From Phyllosticta citribraziliensis (taxonomy: Eukaryota): DNA of 64,000 bases. A program made the position numbers and the translations under genes. Under the pieces are notes generated by a model. It had not been told where the DNA came from. It saw only the letters and a list, made by a program, of their open reading frames with translations, and searched no databases. Shown piece by piece: positions 58,996-64,000 of the stretch. Within the stretch, counting starts at the first letter, position 1, and every line of letters begins with the position of its first letter. Location of the stretch: contig NW_027117349.1 in NCBI RefSeq assembly GCF_038025025.1, positions 372,001-436,000 of the forward strand, written 5' to 3'.

Positions 58996-60163
58996 TCAGC
59001 GCCTGCCGTATTGCTGTTGGAATCCGGGCGGCATGCCTGGCGGAGGTGGACCTTGACCTCCAGGGGGTCCAAAGCCAGGAGGGGGTGCAAAGCCGGGCGG
59101 AGGAGCGAAGCCCGCTGGGGGTCCGCCGGCAGGAGGGAATTGACCACCCGGCGGACCGGAGAAGCCAGGCGCGTAGCCGGTTGGGCCTCCATATCCAGCC
59201 TGTGACGGTGGCGGACGAGCGGGAAGGCCAGCCGGAGGTGGGGGCAAGGGGGTGCTCTGAACTGGTGTGCGGTTTTGCTGGTGTGGTGGGGGGACGCTTT
59301 GGAAAGCCGGAGGCGGTTGGAACGGAGGAGCGCCTGGGGGCGGCGTGGGTACAGCGCCGTTGAGCATGGCAGCGGGAGCGCTGGGCGCTGCGGGCGTCGG
59401 CGGATTGAAGAACTGCGGAGGCAGAGGTTGGGTCGACGGCTCGACACCGTGCATCTTGGCTTGCCTCGCAAGAGCACGTTCGGCCTCGTCACCGTGGCGT
59501 TCTCCCTTGCCATCCTTCTTGTAGGCGTACTGGACGCTGATTTCCTTGTTCAAAAGGTACTGGCCGTTCATGTTCCGGATCGCATCGTCCGAGGCGTCGA
59601 AGTCGGTGAAGGAGACGAAACCATAGCCCTTGGACAGATTTGCTTCGTCGCGAGCAACCTATGAGGAACAGTCAGAAATTGTTTTATGCTAGAACTTGGT
59701 GACCTTACCTTTGGAGCTGTGACGAGAGTGCCGAATCTCGAAAAGACGTCGTATAAGACCTTCTCGTCGACCATGGGATCCAAATTGCCAACAAACAGCT
59801 CGGCGCCAACTTCAATCGTCTTTTGCTTGTCCGCACTGGCCTTGTTGACACGGATGGGCTTGCCGTATAGGCGAATCTGGTTCATAATCTTGGCTGCATA
59901 GTCGGCCTCTTCCTCGCTCATGAATTCAACGAAGCCGTAGCCCTGGTGGGTCTGGGTGACGCGATCCTTTGGAAGATGGACATTCTGGATACGGCCGGCC
60001 TGGAGCATGAGCTCCCATACCAGGCGGTCGCTCACGCGCTCATCGAGATTGCCAACGTAGACGGTGGCTTCCTTGTCCTGCTCCCTAATCGGCTGGTCGT
60101 CAGATCTGGCGGGGAATTCGGGGTGAAACTTAAAACTCACCAGTGCCTGGTGGGCACAGACAT
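58996..60163 (-). CDS. HSH49: Splicing factor SF3B4/SAP49 (U2 snRNP), two RRMs plus Pro-rich tail; 2 introns
   Basis: [61 protein letters not shown] and [13 protein letters not shown]. Confidence 0.96.
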
Positions 60164-60724
60164 GCTATCAGTCGGAACAGATGAAAGCCAAGCTGAGAGA
60201 TCAGAATTGATTCGACGTGAAGTTGCGCTCTGCGATGCGACTATGCAAGCTTGCAATGATGTCGGTTGGAGCTGCGGACTGCGCGCGGTGACGCGAGCGG
60301 CAAGTCGCGCGGAAAGTTGAGGCGCATCAGCCGGACATCAGCCGTAAATGCAGTCGGTCCGTGCCCACCCACCCGGACCCCTGCCTGCCTGGGCTACGCG
60401 AAGATAAATTGGCCTGCTCTCGCGCTTCACTAACATTACACACCTAGGATGTAAAGCTTTGCTGTCTGGCTCTAGTCCTTGATACCCGTCGTGGATATCT
60501 ATCAAATCGAACCATATATTCGCCTTGACGATTTTCATTCGCTAGCAAGGTATTCTACCTAGAAATGAGGGCAGTAATGGTGCGGGTGTGACTTGCTACT
60601 TATTTCAAAGACAGAAGAGAAAGGCTTATCGACCACGCCTTCAAGTGAGTAGGGGCGTTCTTGAGACAGAACCTCTTTGAATATGACAACAAAGATGGCC
60701 CGCTGTGCTTGGTACCAGAAAGTA

Positions 60725-61774
60725 CTACAGGTCCCACAAGATTCCATGTGGGTAGTGTATGTCTATGTCGTCCTCGTCCGAATCATCGTATTCCCTGCGA
60801 AGCATCTTCTGCTGTACCTTGATTTCCCTCCACGTTTCCATTCTTGTATCTCTTCGTATGTCTTGTACGTCTCGTATGTTGATGTCGGCATGGTCGTAAC
60901 TCGGGTAATCACGCTTCAGTTCGTAGTCGACACCTTGGCCTCGCTTGACGATGACCAACATCTCCTTCTCTCGCTCGCCTGCTGCAGAGATTGTCGAATC
61001 CTCCGTTTGTGCATATTGAGCGAGCGTTTGGGAGGATGGCAGCTTCTGCTCGAAGGAGACCCGTTTCTCAGGATCTAGGATAGCGCCATTGAAAGCGGTA
61101 CTCTTCGTCCGGTAAACGGCAACCGATGGGTTTGAGAGACTTCCGTCGCGGGCTTCCAACTGTCTCTGCCAGCTTGATGGTTGAGGCTTGCGCATGTAAT
61201 AGTAGGGGTCTTGAGCGAGAGGGTCCGGTTCGGTTTGGTACCCAAGCAACATCGAAGTATGCGAGATGAAGTAGAGTTCCTTCCAGCCCGAGCTCACTTT
61301 GATCAGCCTGTCAAGACTTTCGTAGGCGACTTTTAGGACTCGACCGGTGAGCACAGTGAGTCTGTCCAATTTGAGGCCGGGGAGGAGCTGGAGAGCGGCA
61401 TAGATTCGGTAAAACACATCTTCGTCTCCAAAGGAAAGCACTAGGGGACCATCGCTGACCCGCATGTGTCGAATTAGAGTCCGCTTTTCCATAGGAATGT
61501 TGGCAAGCCTGTTGAGCATTGCTTCGGGAGTCTCGAAGTTGAACAGGACCTGTTTCAACCAAGTGTTGCCGATTTCAGAATGTATGCGTTGGCAAACTCG
61601 CAGCAAGGCGAGAGCGTTGGGCGCAGTGAAGGAGGAGAGGCGAGTCGAAGAGAAAACCGCAAGGTAAATCTTGTCGCGTAGCTCTTGAGGCAGTCGTTGC
61701 ATGAGCGAGCTTCCTTGTTGCTGATCCGCAAGCTTTGGCTTGCTTGACTTGTATGATGTCTTCTTGTAAGCCAT
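60725..61774 (-). CDS. Hypothetical 349-aa protein with N-terminal F-box-like motif, intronless
   Basis: SSLMQRLPQELRDKIYLAVFSS...ALLRVCQRIHSE is a typical fungal F-box-like/2EXR-like signature. Uninterrupted ORF with gccATGG start. Confidence 0.8.
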   Translation of the reverse strand: MAYKKTSYKSSKPKLADQQQGSSLMQRLPQELRDKIYLAVFSSTRLSSFTAPNALALLRVCQRIHSEIGNTWLKQVLFNFETPEAMLNRLANIPMEKRTLIRHMRVSDGPLVLSFGDEDVFYRIYAALQLLPGLKLDRLTVLTGRVLKVAYESLDRLIKVSSGWKELYFISHTSMLLGYQTEPDPLAQDPYYYMRKPQPSSWQRQLEARDGSLSNPSVAVYRTKSTAFNGAILDPEKRVSFEQKLPSSQTLAQYAQTEDSTISAAGEREKEMLVIVKRGQGVDYELKRDYPSYDHADINIRDVQDIRRDTRMETWREIKVQQKMLRREYDDSDEDDIDIHYPHGILWDL

Positions 61775-62274
61775 GGCTGTTGTTTGGAGATTGAAGGGCG
61801 TTGTGAATGACTTGGGATGAGGGCAGGACCGTGGATGTTTTGTTTACGCTTGGGATGGGCGCTGGCATCTGTTTGTATCACAGCAGAGGCGGGCAAGCAC
61901 CACCAGCCAGGACATGGCCGGACCTGTTGACAGACGGGAAGTATCGACCTACATGTGTCCATAACTACAGGTACTGTCCGGGTGTATCTTGTGGGATAAA
62001 GTCGGATTTGGCGCCAGCTGGCAGAGGACGAAATTTTTGGATATCTACTAGACATCGACCATAGATGTGTAGTGATTTCCAGAAACAATACTACTGAGCA
62101 CTGAGCTTTGTCGTTTTATATCTCTCATCCCTGCATGGGTGCGAGGGACAGACCGCGCGGGCCATCCTCGGACATGTCAGTTGCGACTTTTCGACGCCAA
62201 CGCCCGCCGACATCATCAAGCTTGGAACCTCTTGACCTCCGCCTGTCTACTCGTCTCCCACACCATCAGCCATC

Positions 62275-62679
62275 ATGTTCACCCTGTCGGAAGAGACCAA
62301 GGTAGACACCTCGTCTAAACTATCCAGAAATCGCCTTCGCTGACTCCACAACCAGGAGCGCATCTCCAAGCTCATTGACGTTTCCCGCGTCGCCATTCAC
62401 TAGTACGACCACCGCCTACACGATTTGTCTTGCCGGCGCTCCGCTAACCTACAGCAGTGGCTACATCCCTCTGATTCTCTACTTCGGTACTTGACCACTC
62501 ACCCGGCTCCGCATGTGCAGCTTCACTGACGATACGATTCCCAGGCTGGTCGCACAGCACCCCCAGGCCCGAGCTCATCAGGTTCGACGACCCTCTGCGT
62601 CCATCCTTCGCGCCCTCCGCGGGTGCAATCGAAGACCCAATCTAACATAGCTTCCAGGCTGATCTCTCCCCTCGCTTAA
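62275..62679 (+). CDS. TOM7: Mitochondrial import receptor subunit Tom7; 4 introns
   Basis: Spliced product MFTLSEETK|ERISKLIDVSRVAIHY|GYIPLILYFG|WSHSTPRPELIR|LISPLA*. Confidence 0.93.
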
Positions 62680-63836
62680 ACCGAATCCAACATCCGCGAA
62701 TCGTGTACGCTATTTCAAGAGGAAGCAAAACCGGCGAATTATGAACAATTCTTGGGGTAGGCGGGCGAGACTTGATCAAGGACAGGATCCACCATTCAAA
62801 CCAGGTTGGGTCGGCGAAACGGAAATGGTGATGATTTCATCTACGTCAGCGGTCTCAAGCACGAAAGCCCCCAGCGGCAGCAAGCGGCGGACAAGAGCGC
62901 CTGGTGCCTCGGGCAACCGGTGCGGAATGACGACCCTGTAAGAGATGAGCGATAGACGCACCTGTCACACACGGATTCAAAATCTCCAATTTTATACTGT
63001 CACAACATCAAGATTTGACAAAAGCTGGTCAAGAGCGCACAGTTGTGCCCGATTCACAAGCCAGACGTGCCACAGGAGCGTCGCCGAGCCTGTGTCCAGC
63101 CGCCCCTTCTTTGCTCACACAGGCCCGAAACTCCACCCGACTCCTGAACCTGTTCAGGTTCGCAAACTCTCATGGTTGCCAGGTGCACACGTGCAGTGCC
63201 GGTAGCTGGATGCCCAGGACCCAGTGCATGGCTCAGCGCGAACTCAGCTACCATGGAGTAGCAGCCACCCCTTTCTAAGAGCGCATGAATGCCCTGCCTG
63301 CATGCGCGCTCCAACAACAACAACAACAACACGCCTAGAGATGCACCCGTCTGTGCCGTCTTCGCGGTGTCCCTTCGTGTCCGACTCTTCTCAATTCGTC
63401 ATGTTGTTAAAAACAGGACGGAAATCAAATCCATGGATAGTCACACTTACGCTTGGTAATCACAGCAGCACGCTCAGATAGTCTGAAATTTTCCCTTCCC
63501 CAATTGACCAGCCAGCAAGCAAGCCAGCCAGCCAGCAGCAGAAGAAGCGACAAAATGCCGACCCAGTTGACCATAGGTCATCCGTTCCTATCTAGGACAA
63601 ACCAAGAGAGCAGCTCCCAAATACATCACGCCACGCCAGTCAACCAAGCTACACAGCCAAGACAGGCCATGCAATACAACCTATTACAAAAAAAAAAAAA
63701 AAAGGCTCTGAATTTTTAGAAAAAGTAGAAAGAAGAAGAAGAAGAAGTGAATAAAGCCTCCCCATTCATCCATTCCACGCCCTCTAGATGATGACGTCCC
63801 ACACCATCACGCCTTGGCCAACCCAAAACACCTACG

Positions 63837-64000
63837 CTATCGTGGGCTGCCCATCCCCCCCGTACCACTGCCGCCGCCGCTGCCCCCTCCTCCGCCCCCT
63901 CCATGCGTTCGTCCCGTCGGGTCGAGCAGCAAATGCGGCTTGATGAAGCCCTCGTCGATTTGGCGGAAAGCCAGCGCCGGGTCTTCACTGAGGCCCGTGA
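63837..64000 (-). CDS. NHX1: 3' end of a probable endosomal Na+/H+ exchanger (partial, runs off window)
   Basis: Minus-strand frame ...SEDPALAFRQIDEGFIKPHLLLDPTG..(Gly-rich)..SPR*. It resembles the conserved DE.fiKP.LL C-terminal motif of fungal Nhx1. Only 53 codons are visible. Confidence 0.65.
   Translation of the reverse strand, partial: TGLSEDPALAFRQIDEGFIKPHLLLDPTGRTHGGGGGGGSGGGSGTGGMGSPR

Overview
Gene-dense, intron-containing DNA from a filamentous ascomycete (Pezizomycotina; finer taxonomy not determinable here), with short GT-AG introns and CTRAC branch points. I can support about 26 protein-coding loci, assigned by motif recognition without database searches. Most are housekeeping genes: mei2-like, SEC15, aminopeptidase P, an importin-beta family member, RPL39, NTA1, COQ8, ADI1, ARG7, ORC2, SNZ1/PDX1, FUN14, STL1, PEX3, ATG101, RAD16, GPI19, RPL28, DUF2015, HSH49, TOM7 and the 3' end of NHX1. 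CDS coordinates span start to stop including introns. I saw no tRNA, rRNA, CRISPR array or intact transposon. The top finding is a 60-nt minus-strand ORF at 55211-55270, too short for the ORF track, encoding MGRKWNPMKNDNTKYCTVM*. It ends in a CaaX box and has a strong start context, a TATA box and two upstream CTATTGAG motifs, making it a candidate a-factor-like lipopeptide mating pheromone precursor. Other points of interest are a degenerate ~135-bp tandem array upstream of mei2, a perfect 17-bp hairpin in the 6.6-kb STL1 upstream region, an atypical eL39, a duplicated CDK-site/AT-hook module in ORC2, and a HeLo-like/PH-like uncharacterised protein.
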